A stretch of 64,000 nucleotides of DNA from Corallochytrium limacisporum Hawaii (GCA_002811645.1 PDIP01000077.1:1-64000), one strand, 5' to 3'. Positions 34,203-45,535 are shown, numbered from the stretch's first letter. The notes: generated by a model from the sequence alone, not told the origin. A program made the numbers and translations.

Positions 34203-34910
34203 ATGCCTTCGGCAACAGAAGACCGCACAGAAGAAGAGCTAAACGAGCTCAAATCCCTGGTGGCGAGTGCCCTGGAAACTAGTGGATCTTTGGGAAAGAT
34301 TCGTGCAGAACTACGAGCGTCAGTATTTTTGACTTTGAAGTACCAGGAACAGCGGGAAGATCCGAGTAATGCTCTGACTCTGCACAATCCAAAACTGCAG
34401 AAGTACTTGGAAAGTGACCGTGGGGCATTAGCTGTGGCTTTGCTGAATGACTTCTTTGACCATTTCGACTTACCGTACACAAAAGGTGTCTTTTTTCAGG
34501 AGATCTGTAGTGAAATGGATCAGAATGCCGGAGAGCAGCTTTTGCAGACAGCCCGTCTGGACACTGGCGGATCTCTCCCCGCATTGGATGTTCTCTTGGA
34601 CTATCTTCCAAAACCGGGACGTGAAACCACAACGAAGAAGCAGCGTGACCCAATCTCTTTGAATGACTCAGTCGACGATGAAGAAGGGTTCTTGCCACCT
34701 CGGGATCCCGCCAGCGGCAATCGTGCCAAGGCTCCGCTGCACAAGGACCTGGATACCACAGACGAGGACGTCGCTAAGCTCGCGGACATTGAACGGCGGC
34801 TACAGCATTATCGCGAAGCCGAGCGAAGCGAGCAGGTGACTTCAGACCACACTCTGTCGCATTCAATCAACAGCGATGAATATGACTACGTCGAAGATGT
34901 TGGAAACTAA
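34203..34910 (+). CDS. FGFR1OP: Centrosomal protein FOP/FGFR1OP (CEP43)
   Basis: ELKSLVASALETSGSLGKIRAELRASVFL N-terminal motif, LisH-like LLNDFFDHFDLPYTKGVF, and C-terminal DYVEDV as in FOP. Confidence 0.85.
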   Translation: MPSATEDRTEEELNELKSLVASALETSGSLGKIRAELRASVFLTLKYQEQREDPSNALTLHNPKLQKYLESDRGALAVALLNDFFDHFDLPYTKGVFFQEICSEMDQNAGEQLLQTARLDTGGSLPALDVLLDYLPKPGRETTTKKQRDPISLNDSVDDEEGFLPPRDPASGNRAKAPLHKDLDTTDEDVAKLADIERRLQHYREAERSEQVTSDHTLSHSINSDEYDYVEDVGN

Positions 34911-35020
34911 CTTCAATGATCAAATACAAATAAAACTGTCATGGATTTACTTGCTAGCACTATACCGCAAAACATTAATTATGAACACTGTGGATGTGAA
35001 GAAAAGGCGATCACATAAAG

Positions 35021-36091
35021 CTATTTGTACAGCATGCGCATCGCTTTATCCAGAAATGCAGCTGCAGCAGCATAGTCATCGTACTGCAAGCTGCTGATGG
35101 CGTACTTGCAGTTCTTGATAGCCTGCTGCTGGTCTGCTGGGCTCATGTCGGATATGAGGGAGCCCATGGCACTGTAGTCTGGAGCATCCGTAGGTGCTTG
35201 ACCACGGATCCCTCCACCCGTTGAAGGTGCCGCTGGCTTTGCAACTCTGCTCGCTGCGGGTGGCGGTGGATGTCTGGGCGGATTTGGGCTCGGCACACGC
35301 GGAGGAGGCTGACGCAAAGCATCCAGTCGTGCGGCAGCGGCCTTGTCATCTTCTGGTGGAGGTGCTGATGATGTCGGCGGCTGGTAACCTGTGGACGCGG
35401 ATGACGAGGACGCTCGGTTGGCTGCGGCAGCCACATCCAAGTCACTGTCAAAGCCAGCTCCCGGTGCTCCCGTAGGTACGGACGGTAGTGCAAACTCATC
35501 GTCGTCCTGAGGCTGTGCCGGCAGAGCTCCTGCTCCTGTTCCTGGCTCCGCCGCCCCGGTCGCATCAATCGCTCCTTCCTCACCGGGCACGCCTGGGGCA
35601 GGGGTCCGTCCCTCCTTCAGAGCCTTTGTAATGTCTGCTGCCTTAAACCGGGCGTAACGTTGCTTTTCAAAAATGTCTTGCGGTAGCTCGCCGTCCTCCT
35701 GCCACAGTTTGAGCACTTCGAAGACAAATGACGAAGCATAGAAGGACCGAGCTGTCTTTTTGTTGGCCCTTCCAGCACGGTCTTCTCGATCGGAGTAGGC
35801 AAAAAGCTTCATGGCAAATTGTTCTACTTCGGCTGAGCCAATGTCATCGTTAGCAATACCTTCGTGTTCGGATAACTCCTTCTTGTCCGACTCCAGTCTC
35901 ATCATGATATTCAGAAGGAACTTCTTTACTTCTGGGTCTTTCTGATCCACGGCCGGATCCTTAAGTGCTGTCTGACAAGTGAACAACCGGCAGTAGTACG
36001 ACACCACTGGTGCGACGCGCTCAAACTCCTCAGCTCTCTTCAAAAACGGCTGAAGAGGCAGCAGTGAGTCTGGCATAGCGTCCGACGACAT
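35021..36091 (-). CDS. VTA1: Vacuolar protein sorting-associated protein VTA1 (ESCRT-III/Vps4 regulator)
   Basis: PVVSYYCRLF, KLFAYSDREDRAG, KQRYARFKAADI, Pro-rich linker, C-terminal VSL motif AIKNCKYAISSLQYDD; ATG at 36091 (caaaATG). Confidence 0.93.
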   Translation of the reverse strand: MSSDAMPDSLLPLQPFLKRAEEFERVAPVVSYYCRLFTCQTALKDPAVDQKDPEVKKFLLNIMMRLESDKKELSEHEGIANDDIGSAEVEQFAMKLFAYSDREDRAGRANKKTARSFYASSFVFEVLKLWQEDGELPQDIFEKQRYARFKAADITKALKEGRTPAPGVPGEEGAIDATGAAEPGTGAGALPAQPQDDDEFALPSVPTGAPGAGFDSDLDVAAAANRASSSSASTGYQPPTSSAPPPEDDKAAAARLDALRQPPPRVPSPNPPRHPPPPAASRVAKPAAPSTGGGIRGQAPTDAPDYSAMGSLISDMSPADQQQAIKNCKYAISSLQYDDYAAAAAFLDKAMRMLYK

Positions 36092-36975
36092 TTTGTTGTG
36101 GCCCGACTGGGTGATAATAACGCTGATATGTGGGGAAGATTGACAAACTATGTTGTTCAAATTTCCAACTTATCACTGTCTATCTTCTGTCCTCCTATAC
36201 CTTCACAAACCCTCGGGGACGCGCATTAAAGTGAACGTGGAGAAACCCGGTATATTCCCAAGCAGAACCAACGCCCGTGATCTTGACGCGATTGCATGCC
36301 TGTGATGCGGAACTTCCCGGGCGCACTTACAAGGCCTGTTAACCACCGATTCCCCTTTTCGCCAAGTGTTGGTGAATAGGTACACAGCGGCCCCGCCAGA
36401 GTCGTCGGCCGTATTCTCAACCCGTTCGCCTGTTTGGACTCTATCCCCCTCTCCATCGGTCACTAGCCATCCCCATAGCCGCCCTCCCTGCGATACCCAA
36501 TGAATAAACCAGGCGCTGACCCGTCACCGGCCGGATACGGAACCGAAAAATATTTTTTCCTTCCCCTCTATCAAGATATATAACTGAACAACTTATTTTA
36601 CGAATTAAACCGGAGTCCTACTATACCAGGTCTTCCCATCGGGGGTCTCTCGAGGGGCAGTTGGCCTGTGGCTGCTGCGCTCGTTGTCGGGAGAGATCCA
36701 CAGACCCCCCCGGCTAGAACGCATGCTCGTGCATACGGACCCATCACGTCAGTTGGCGTGTTTTGAACTCGCCGGGCCTTCATAAGTTCTATTCTGGGCT
36801 TCTTTTTGTAGATCAGTAGATGTGTCCCGCCTCGTATTTATTGGTCGCATACATTATCGTTCAACAGTGTGCACCGGACCGCATCATGTAACGACACGTG
36901 AAAGTGTTCTATCCATTGTTCAGGTTGAAACATTCGGAATGACATAGGCCGTATTATATTTGAATTTGGTCTCCG

Positions 36976-39171
36976 ATGCAACCAGCAAACATGCAACACG
37001 AGCACCGACCTGTGGCAGGAGATGGCCGTGCTATTTTGATCATTGGCCTAGGATTCACAGGCCAAAGACTCGCAAAGAAACTGATGAAGGACCACAACTT
37101 GTCTGTAATCGGAACCGTTCGTTCAGAAAGTAAAGCGAAACAATTGGAGACGGACAATCCTGGTCTGCGTTGCTTGGTGTTTGATGGATCAAGTGCGAGC
37201 AATCCGGGTCCAGGCTTATCTGATTTGGTGGCTGCGTTGGACAATGGCGACATTAGTCATGTTCTACAATGTGCACCTCCCAATGCGGGAGACATTGATG
37301 GTGATGCCTTCTTGAAGAATCAGGATGCTTGCAAGGCACTGAAGAATGCAGTTGACAACAGGTGTATTGTATGGATGGGTTATCTGAGCACAGTTGCAGT
37401 ATACGGCAACCACGATGGCGGTTGGGTCGACGAGGAATGCCCTCTTAACCCGGTAAGTCGACGGGGGAAGCTTCGCGTCAAAGCAGAGTCACAATGGCGT
37501 GATCTTCAGGGTCCTTTGCACATCTTTCGACTGCCAGGTATTTATGGACCCTTTCGCGGGCCCCTGAACCGCATTCGGCAGGGAACTGCGCGTCGCATTA
37601 GGAAAGCGAACCAATACTTTAGCCGTATCCACGTTGAGGACATTGCCGGAGTTCTAATAGCCTCTATGCTCAGTCCAGAAGTTACTAACGCCAACGTTGT
37701 AGAAATCTTGGCCGCACATCCGCTATCTGCGGGTGTCTACAATGTTGTCGATGACATGCCGGCACCAAGTTACGAAGTCACCGCCCACGCTGCATACTCC
37801 GCTGGCCGATACCCGCCACCATTGCAGGACTGGGATCAAGTGAAGGACGAGCTTTCTCCCATGGCCCGTAGTTTCTACGGAGAGTCAAAACGGGTAAAGA
37901 ACACGAAAATCACGACGGAATTGAAGTACGAACTGGTGTATCCGACTTATGTTGAAGGTCACGCGGGACAACTGCGGGAGGAAATGAGTGGGTTGCCGTA
38001 CCTGGAGCGTCTGCGAAGTCAAATATTGCCTGTCCGGACCATCGGCATTGTCATAGGCTACTTTCTGCAGCAACCTGCCGTGCAAGCCTCCTTATCGCTT
38101 ATCAATGCCATGGGCAGCAAGGTGTCTAGTTTGTTTATACATGGTACGGATAATTCATCTAAGCGGACGGAAGACTACATTTTACTCACGGATAATGGCT
38201 CGCTCAAGCCAGCATCGACCCTCGCCCTACGCGATGTCGCACGTCGCTTAAGCAAGGCTTTGGGTAAGGACGTGAACCCTGTCAGTTTCCGGTTCAGCGA
38301 CCGCATCCCTCAGGATCTACTTGGCAACATGCCTGCACATTCTCTGAAACCCTGGCTAGAGAGCAACAAGGACACTTTGCGCTCTATCATTATTCTGCCA
38401 TACTTCCTGGGACCCAGCAGTGCCATCGACCAGGGCATCAAGGGCGTACTGAAGGAAGTGTTAGGCGACGACAATGGCGGAAGCGGTAAGCCCGCAAACG
38501 GCACCGGCGATCCAAAGGTACCACCGCACCGCTGGGCCGTAGCGGAACCAATGGCCATCGATGAGTGGGGTGTTGACGCCGTGGCACGCATTCTCCTGGA
38601 CAATGCAGCTGAATCGCTTCGCGGTCTGCAAGCCGATGGCCTGGATCACGAAAAGGGTGATATCGTCCGGCTCGTTGCCTGCGATCATGGTAGTCCCAAG
38701 AAGGAGGTCGCGGCCGTGCGCGATCGTATTGCTGCGCGTATGCAAGCTCTGCTTGATCCGTCTTCGAGTGATGTGGCTCACGCCAATGCCGTGAAGGACA
38801 TCAACAGTGACAACGAGTCCTCAATAGCTGAGCTGCGCAAGTTTGTGACTCTGCCGGTAAGCCCGTGTTCTATGGAGCGCCGGGAAGGTGATTTGTACAA
38901 GTTTACAGACCCACTGCTGGAAAACTTGGTCGATGCTCTGGATCTGCACAAAGACGCCGGTGAGCGTCGAGATCTGTACGTTGTTATTGCTATGATGTTC
39001 TTGAGCCCTGGCCGGCATGCTGGGCCCGGGGGGGACGTTGCGCAGATCATCCAAGAGCTCGAAAAAAAGCATGCAACTGCTCGCATCTCAACCGTTGTCA
39101 CGGGCCTCATGGGAGCCCATCCAGCCACCACACAGATTCTGACCAAGCGCTTCAAAACGCTGTCGCTGTGA
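36976..39171 (+). CDS. Fusion of an atypical SDR NAD-dependent epimerase (YeeZ-like) and a CbiX/sirohydrochlorin chelatase-like domain
   Basis: SDR part: GLGFTG, YLSTVAVYG, FRLPGIYGP, FSRIHVEDIA, SFYGESKRVKN. From about nt 38176: DNGSLKP, LPYFLGPS, DHGSP, SMERREG, FLSPGRHAGPGGDV. One uninterrupted ORF. Confidence 0.8.
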   Translation: MQPANMQHEHRPVAGDGRAILIIGLGFTGQRLAKKLMKDHNLSVIGTVRSESKAKQLETDNPGLRCLVFDGSSASNPGPGLSDLVAALDNGDISHVLQCAPPNAGDIDGDAFLKNQDACKALKNAVDNRCIVWMGYLSTVAVYGNHDGGWVDEECPLNPVSRRGKLRVKAESQWRDLQGPLHIFRLPGIYGPFRGPLNRIRQGTARRIRKANQYFSRIHVEDIAGVLIASMLSPEVTNANVVEILAAHPLSAGVYNVVDDMPAPSYEVTAHAAYSAGRYPPPLQDWDQVKDELSPMARSFYGESKRVKNTKITTELKYELVYPTYVEGHAGQLREEMSGLPYLERLRSQILPVRTIGIVIGYFLQQPAVQASLSLINAMGSKVSSLFIHGTDNSSKRTEDYILLTDNGSLKPASTLALRDVARRLSKALGKDVNPVSFRFSDRIPQDLLGNMPAHSLKPWLESNKDTLRSIIILPYFLGPSSAIDQGIKGVLKEVLGDDNGGSGKPANGTGDPKVPPHRWAVAEPMAIDEWGVDAVARILLDNAAESLRGLQADGLDHEKGDIVRLVACDHGSPKKEVAAVRDRIAARMQALLDPSSSDVAHANAVKDINSDNESSIAELRKFVTLPVSPCSMERREGDLYKFTDPLLENLVDALDLHKDAGERRDLYVVIAMMFLSPGRHAGPGGDVAQIIQELEKKHATARISTVVTGLMGAHPATTQILTKRFKTLSL

Positions 39172-39259
39172 ACTTGGATTCTCCACTTGGCATGTCTAAG
39201 AACAACACAAAGTCATTAGCCTGTACAATAAGATAGCACTGTAGGAATCGACAATTGGC

Positions 39260-40873
39260 TCAGGCCACTGTTTGCACTTTCGGCTTCATTACGAGTGGAA
39301 TGTCAGCTACAGGCTGAGCTAGGCCACTGGTGCCGTAGCCGTACTTTGGCAGCGCTTCTGGAGGCAGCGGCAAGGCATCGAAAGGCAGTAGCTGCAGCGC
39401 ACGGGCCACTCCGACCACGCACTCGATCTCAGCTAGAGACATCCCGGGACACATGTGCAGGCCACGGCCAAATGCTAACATCCTAGCAGGATCGGCAAGT
39501 TCTTTACCCTTGCTCGAATCCCACCGGTCCGGCATGAATACATTGGGCTCAGGGAATATCTCTTTGTCATAATGGACTCCAATCTGCGCAAGGCCAATAA
39601 ACTCCCCAGCCTGGACTGTCTGGCGACATCCTGGCATGACAATGGTCTTCACGACCAGCCGCGCATGCATTGGCCCTGGAATCATGCGGGCCGTCTCCTT
39701 AAAGCACATCTTCAAGAATTTCATGCTGTTAAAACCGGCCTTGTCAAGCTTGAAGTCTTCTCCTGTGTCTTCATTGCTGCCAAAGACGAGATCAATCTCC
39801 TCTCGAGCCCGCACAAGGAATTCCGGATTGCTGATGATTTGGTGTAACATGAAAGTGGCTGCCGCATGGGTGTTAGCAATGGCAGCAAACATCATCGCAA
39901 AGATCTCGCAGGCTATGAGGTGCGTAGAGATTCCTTCCTGTAGCATGCCGCGCAGATAGACACCGAGTTGTAGCTCTGCTTCGTCCTTTTTTGCATCGAA
40001 TGCGTCGGATAGGGGGTGTTCCTCCGGGTGCTCCTCCAAGAAATCATCAATTACTTTCTGTATCAGAGCGGCGCACTCTAGTCGAATTCTCTTTCCTTCG
40101 TTCTTGGTCTTTGTGTCCCAGCCACCACTGTGCATGAACCTAGCAAACATGACCTCGAAGCGGCCCAAACGTTCCAAAACCTCAGGATTTCGGTAGCACG
40201 CCGTTGCCCAATTTCCCAGGAATAGACGCGCTGTGGTGCCCACGAAGGCCTGTTGAAACACAAAGAGTGGGTGCATATGGGGCAATCCCGAATGCGCGAC
40301 GTGACCGCAGGTTTTCTTAGTCCATGGGTGGCCACCACTCCGGCACGGGTCATCATTATCACTACTGCTGTTTTTCAGAAGTTGTCGCATATGATCCGAC
40401 AATTCATCGTCGATGTCAGGAAGGCGGAAACTGAGCTTCGGCATCACGGTCTTCTTCAGTAACTTTGTGCCTCGATGATTTTCCTCCGGTCCGGTCAAGC
40501 CGAGGGGTAGCAGATCATTGTTTAATCCCAGAGCATGTAACCCCTCCCAGAAACTCATCTCCTGAAGGTCGGCAAAGAACATGTGTTTGATGTCCTGTGG
40601 TCCAAAGACACACAACATCGGTTTGGTCCCGATCATGACCCATTGGTACGGTTCGCAGGATTCAGTTGCGGCATTAACTATTGCCTTCTCATAGATTTCC
40701 ATTGAAAATGCTTCGGGGCGCTGAGCCAGCTCTAGGCCTGCTCCGACTATTGGAATCCAGCCACCGACGTACTTTCTACGGGACCAGAGCCAGGCAGTGA
40801 AAAGCACCACCGCGAGGGCTACGTACAATGACAGCTTCTCCATCACAAATTGTACTATTGCTGCAATCTCCAT
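39260..40873 (-). CDS. Cytochrome P450 (CYP7/CYP39/CYP51-like appearance)
   Basis: N-terminal TM anchor, I-helix FAAIANT, ETAR, PDRW, haem motif FGRGLHMCPG. Confidence 0.93.
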   Translation of the reverse strand: MEIAAIVQFVMEKLSLYVALAVVLFTAWLWSRRKYVGGWIPIVGAGLELAQRPEAFSMEIYEKAIVNAATESCEPYQWVMIGTKPMLCVFGPQDIKHMFFADLQEMSFWEGLHALGLNNDLLPLGLTGPEENHRGTKLLKKTVMPKLSFRLPDIDDELSDHMRQLLKNSSSDNDDPCRSGGHPWTKKTCGHVAHSGLPHMHPLFVFQQAFVGTTARLFLGNWATACYRNPEVLERLGRFEVMFARFMHSGGWDTKTKNEGKRIRLECAALIQKVIDDFLEEHPEEHPLSDAFDAKKDEAELQLGVYLRGMLQEGISTHLIACEIFAMMFAAIANTHAAATFMLHQIISNPEFLVRAREEIDLVFGSNEDTGEDFKLDKAGFNSMKFLKMCFKETARMIPGPMHARLVVKTIVMPGCRQTVQAGEFIGLAQIGVHYDKEIFPEPNVFMPDRWDSSKGKELADPARMLAFGRGLHMCPGMSLAEIECVVGVARALQLLPFDALPLPPEALPKYGYGTSGLAQPVADIPLVMKPKVQTVA

Positions 40874-41516
40874 TTTGGCGAGAAGTTTGAGTGGTTCTCA
40901 TACACCCACACGAAACGTCAATTACCTTTACTGCACGGACGTATGCGCTCCTGCATCACAGACACAAGCCCTGAAAAACGGAGCGACGGTCGTCCAGATA
41001 CTGAGGCATAGGTTCTGTTGCTGTCCCCGCGAGGGTGGCTTTTCCTCGTCCCCACGGGTGCTATCCCCGCTGTCACCGCTTTATCAGCAGACTCCGCACG
41101 CAGTGCAGTGGCCATAATTCGGGTGGGTGCGCGGGAGTTTAGTGGAAAAGCCGGCAACGGTACCAACCCGCATTCCTCCCGATCCTCCCGACCCCTTCGG
41201 CCACCCACAGGGCGGAGGGGCCGCATTCTTTCTCAATCAAACGATAACTTTCCCTTCGGGCCCTTGCAACGGCTGGAAACTGCGCAGGGCAAGTAGGAGC
41301 CCGCTGCTACCATCCCGAATCGCTCGCAGCAACAACAAAACTAACCGGTTCGGACGTTCGATAGGACAAAGGACTGGTGTTTCAGCTATCACATCGTGTC
41401 ATTGAATTGCTTTACAAGGACAATAGCGGTATATTTGACATTTTGTTTGGATGAAAAGCTCACGGGAGGCAGATGCGTGCTTGACTAGTTACCTGTAATG
41501 GCCAGACAACGAAAAC

Positions 41517-44396
41517 ATGATGAAGATGTTTGGCTGGACCTGGTACGCTCTCACCGTGTTCTCTCTGTTCTCAGCGGAAACTCCATATGGAGCGTCGCTG
41601 TTTGAAATAGATGTGGCGCCACAGCACGTCGGGTATTTACAGTCTATTGTTTCGGTACCCAGCACTGGCAAGGAATGTCGTCGAGTTGACGAATCCTGCG
41701 GGCATGGCACAGGTAGGACTGCGCACTGGGGCGTACATGAGTGGAGCCGCTGTACATATACTTGCGAAGGTGTCACACCTGCTGACGATTCCAATTGCAT
41801 CGACGCCGAAATAGACCTTGAAGTTCGTACGATCAAGGCCTGTGGCCTGCTTCCTGGATCCGCGGTGTGTACAGAATTCATTCAGCACTTCACCACTGGT
41901 GTGGGCAGTTTCGGGAAGCAGGAACCGGACCCTGTGTTTCACTCCGTCGGTGGAGGAAGGGAGGATGATCCGCACAAGGGTGAGGCCGACATGAACATCT
42001 TCCATCAGGAGGCCAGCGTGCACGTTGCTTTCCCCAATATTCCGTTGACTGAAGGTCAGCAGTTCTTAGAGTATCGGGCCCGGCACGTCATTCCGTACCT
42101 CGGTACGATAAACGTGTCAAAAAAGGATCTCCCTCGTGGTGGCCTGGACAGTGGTGGCTTTGTCATGCTCTTCGATGGCAGCAGCTACATTGCACAGGAG
42201 GACATCAGTGAAGCGAAAGAGAAGAATAACTGCATTTCGCCTAGACAGGATTGGACCAGTATGCATAGTGGTTCAAGTGTGAACAGAGTTGCTACTGAAG
42301 ACTTTGTAGGTTCCGATCCGTTACCGCCATTTCTGCAGAATCTAGCGCTGATGTACAAGCATGTTGAACCCTCTGCCTCGCCGTCCAAGCCTGTGACCAT
42401 TTACTCATCCTCGTCACACTTCCTGGTGGCATCGCATGCCAACGTTGAGCGCCACCTGGAAGACGACGGCGTACCCATGCTCAAACTGGGACTCATGGGA
42501 TCGGTAAAATCTGTGCCTGTTGGCTATGACGTCAGTTTTATGGAATTCTCCTGGGACATGGGCATCCACGCTGCATTCCTGCAATGGGGTAGTGCTTTGC
42601 GCATGCGCTACAATCTGCCTATAGAGAGCACCAGACCAAGTCGTTTCACAGATTATCTCGGATACTACACCGACAATGGTGCGTGGTACTACTACCGTGG
42701 AGAGCCGACTGGCAAGCGACAGAAGGCCCTCAACCCCAACGGAACACGTTTCCCCGCTGATATGCCGTTGCTACTAAAGGCAGTGGCAAATGCCGCGGAC
42801 AACGACGGTATTCCCTTCCGCCATGGCCAGATGGATTCGTGGTGGTATGAGCACGGTGAACATGATGGTGTGAAGGCCTGGGAACCAAACTCCCAGTATG
42901 TGCCGTCTGGTAAGCTGGACGCCTCGGATCTGCCCCATCAATGGTTTGGCTGGACCGCCCACAATCGCTGGTGGGACGAGGACACAACGTATGCAAAGGA
43001 CAATGGTGGAGAATATGAAATTTACATTGAACATGTCAATAATGTCTCCATTCCTTTGGGCACCGATGATTTCTGGAATGACCTCATGCGGAAGGCTAAA
43101 GTTGAAAGAGAAATTGGCGTGTACGAGCAGGATTGGCTCGATGAGCAGATGAAACGTACAGAGCTCGTGAGGCAAGATGCTGAAGCTGGGGATCGATGGA
43201 TGCGGTCCATGGGCAAAGGAGCCATCGAGCAAGGCGTAGAGATCCAACTGTGCATGGTCTACCCTCGGCATGTCCTTAGCGCCGTATCCATGGCCAGTGC
43301 AAATGGACGAGGTGGCAGCGGACCAGTGACCCCGGTCGTTACTCACATCCGCGGCAGTGATGACTACCAGCCAGGCAACCAACAATGGCAAGGCCTCGGC
43401 CTGAGCTCGTATTTCATTTTTGCAGTCGGTGCAAAACCGTTTAAGGACACTCTGTGGTCCACTCCCGAGCAGCCTGGTAGTCCATACGGAACAGATGCCA
43501 AGGAGCCGCGGCCGGCACTGCAAGTTGCGGTGTCTGTTTTGACTAGCGGTCCGGTGGTGCCCGGTGATCGCATGGGGCACTGGGATGCCGCCCTGATCAA
43601 CCGTGCATGCAACTCCTCCGGTCGTCTGCTGCGCGCTGGGCACCCAGCTCATGCGGATGAAACGCTGCTGGCACTGCAAGCCATGGGAATCCCTGGATGG
43701 TGGGACTATGTCGAATTGTGGGCGACCGGCTCATACCTGGCGGGGTACCCAGACGGTCCCATCTTCATCACAGTATTTGCAGCGCTGCGCAGGCTGGACA
43801 ACGATAAGGAAACTTGTATGAAAGAACTCTTGGGCGATGAGGAATTCAACCCGCTGGAGTTCGCTCCGATGTACGCAAAACATTTGCTAAAGAGCCGCAT
43901 CTCCACAGCTACGAAGACTGATGGCAACGCAATCGAGCGCACCGGAGTACAGCACCAGGGCCTTGGCGGTACAATTGAGTACGTCCTGGATACTGTACAA
44001 TCCACGATTGCGAACGCCAGACCCCCGCCATCTGCAACACCGGTCACCGATTTTGACCTATATCATTGGTCGCCGGTCTTGCTAGGGGGCCGTATTGCTG
44101 TTCTAGGAGAGTACACAAAATGGATGCCTCTGTCCCCGGATCGCATGACGCTGTCCATGGAAGATTTGGCCATGACTATTTCTTTCTTTGGGGGGCCTTC
44201 TGAAGATATTTCCTTGGCCTTTGCCTCCATTCCGGGCACAAAAGTTTGCTTCACGGGCATTGGAGGCGCGACCGTGACAAAGCAGATGCCTCATGTGGGC
44301 GTCAAGACCCATAATGACGACGTGCTTGATGTTTACGATGTGGCGGTGAAGCTTTCTATCAGTGGCGATGGTGGCCTACTCGTCACTGTGGCATAA
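41517..44396 (+). CDS. Secreted TIM-barrel glycoside hydrolase-like protein (possibly clan GH-D/raffinose synthase related)
   Basis: 959 aa with a signal peptide; motifs GYYTDNGAWYYY, QMDSWWY, AHNRWW, YEQDWL, LCM.YPRH, RGSDDY, LTSGPVVPGD. Confidence 0.65.
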   Translation: MMKMFGWTWYALTVFSLFSAETPYGASLFEIDVAPQHVGYLQSIVSVPSTGKECRRVDESCGHGTGRTAHWGVHEWSRCTYTCEGVTPADDSNCIDAEIDLEVRTIKACGLLPGSAVCTEFIQHFTTGVGSFGKQEPDPVFHSVGGGREDDPHKGEADMNIFHQEASVHVAFPNIPLTEGQQFLEYRARHVIPYLGTINVSKKDLPRGGLDSGGFVMLFDGSSYIAQEDISEAKEKNNCISPRQDWTSMHSGSSVNRVATEDFVGSDPLPPFLQNLALMYKHVEPSASPSKPVTIYSSSSHFLVASHANVERHLEDDGVPMLKLGLMGSVKSVPVGYDVSFMEFSWDMGIHAAFLQWGSALRMRYNLPIESTRPSRFTDYLGYYTDNGAWYYYRGEPTGKRQKALNPNGTRFPADMPLLLKAVANAADNDGIPFRHGQMDSWWYEHGEHDGVKAWEPNSQYVPSGKLDASDLPHQWFGWTAHNRWWDEDTTYAKDNGGEYEIYIEHVNNVSIPLGTDDFWNDLMRKAKVEREIGVYEQDWLDEQMKRTELVRQDAEAGDRWMRSMGKGAIEQGVEIQLCMVYPRHVLSAVSMASANGRGGSGPVTPVVTHIRGSDDYQPGNQQWQGLGLSSYFIFAVGAKPFKDTLWSTPEQPGSPYGTDAKEPRPALQVAVSVLTSGPVVPGDRMGHWDAALINRACNSSGRLLRAGHPAHADETLLALQAMGIPGWWDYVELWATGSYLAGYPDGPIFITVFAALRRLDNDKETCMKELLGDEEFNPLEFAPMYAKHLLKSRISTATKTDGNAIERTGVQHQGLGGTIEYVLDTVQSTIANARPPPSATPVTDFDLYHWSPVLLGGRIAVLGEYTKWMPLSPDRMTLSMEDLAMTISFFGGPSEDISLAFASIPGTKVCFTGIGGATVTKQMPHVGVKTHNDDVLDVYDVAVKLSISGDGGLLVTVA

Positions 44397-44709
44397 ACCT
44401 GTTCGACTGAATCCTAACATTCTGGTGTCATGCAATTGCTTTAAGTTAAAATGACGTTAGGTGGCAGGCCGGACTCCTGCCCTGCGCACTCTTGAGCTCT
44501 ACGATGGCCGCAGCCCCGCAGTACACTCTCTCCCCCTCCCGGATATCACACGATGCTCGGGTAGTGTTTGGACCCTTGTCCCGGAAAAGGGGAAGACCCG
44601 GAGGGGGGAGAGGGGGAAACACTGTCGATCGCCAGCGGTGTGTGTGCCCGCCCCTTTCCCGGCACACGCCGTTTTCTATTTTTTTTTCGTTTGTGGTTCT
44701 CCTGCCCCC

Positions 44710-44919
44710 NNNNNNNNNNNNNNNNNNNNNNNNNNNNNNNNNNNNNNNNNNNNNNNNNNNNNNNNNNNNNNNNNNNNNNNNNNNNNNNNNNNNNNNNNNN
44801 NNNNNNNNNNNNNNNNNNNNNNNNNNNNNNNNNNNNNNNNNNNNNNNNNNNNNNNNNNNNNNNNNNNNNNNNNNNNNNNNNNNNNNNNNNNNNNNNNNNN
44901 NNNNNNNNNNNNNNNNNNN
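44710..44919. other. Assembly gap (210 N)
   Basis: Run of N flanked by a C-run and a G-run. Confidence 1.
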
Positions 44920-45535
44920 CCGGGGGCGGGGTCGGTGGGGTGAGGGCAAATTGCTACCGACGCCCCAAGGTGCGCACCGATTTCTACGCAGGATCCTCTC
45001 CCCAAATGCCATCGCTGCCGAGTGACTTTGGCCCCTCACCACCTCCCCCTCCCCCACTCCAGGGCCGTAGTGGGACTTCAAGGAGTTTTCTTTTTTTTTT
45101 TTTCGTCTCCGAGTCCCGCTTGTTGCCAAGGAAAGTGGGCGAGCGATAAATTGCAGCGCAGTGTTTTCCTGCGTGTGTCCGGGTGTGCTCAGAGTGTGGG
45201 TGGGGCCGAGGGTACACTGGGCACTGCGTACGGACGGACCCTTCACCGGCACGGGAAAAGTAGAATGGGAGAAGGCATGAAGGCAATGTACAGGTTTATT
45301 GGTTGATTGTTTGAGATGTTTCCTACTCTGTTTTTCCCATATTAGCATGTTTGCTTTGAATGCAAGGGTTTTCATCGATGGATTGATGAGGCTCCACATT
45401 GTGATTTCGTCGCGTCAGCGTGCCAAACCGTGAATCTCCTCGAATAGGTACTTTGTAGTCTATGTATACCGTATTGTGTACAACAGCGCCGACTATACAC
45501 TTTTTTGGACCACGTCGTTGGGAAATTGAAACAAG

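Noticed and set aside
44446-45399. Long ORFs spanning the N run
   Set aside because: Artefacts of the assembly gap.
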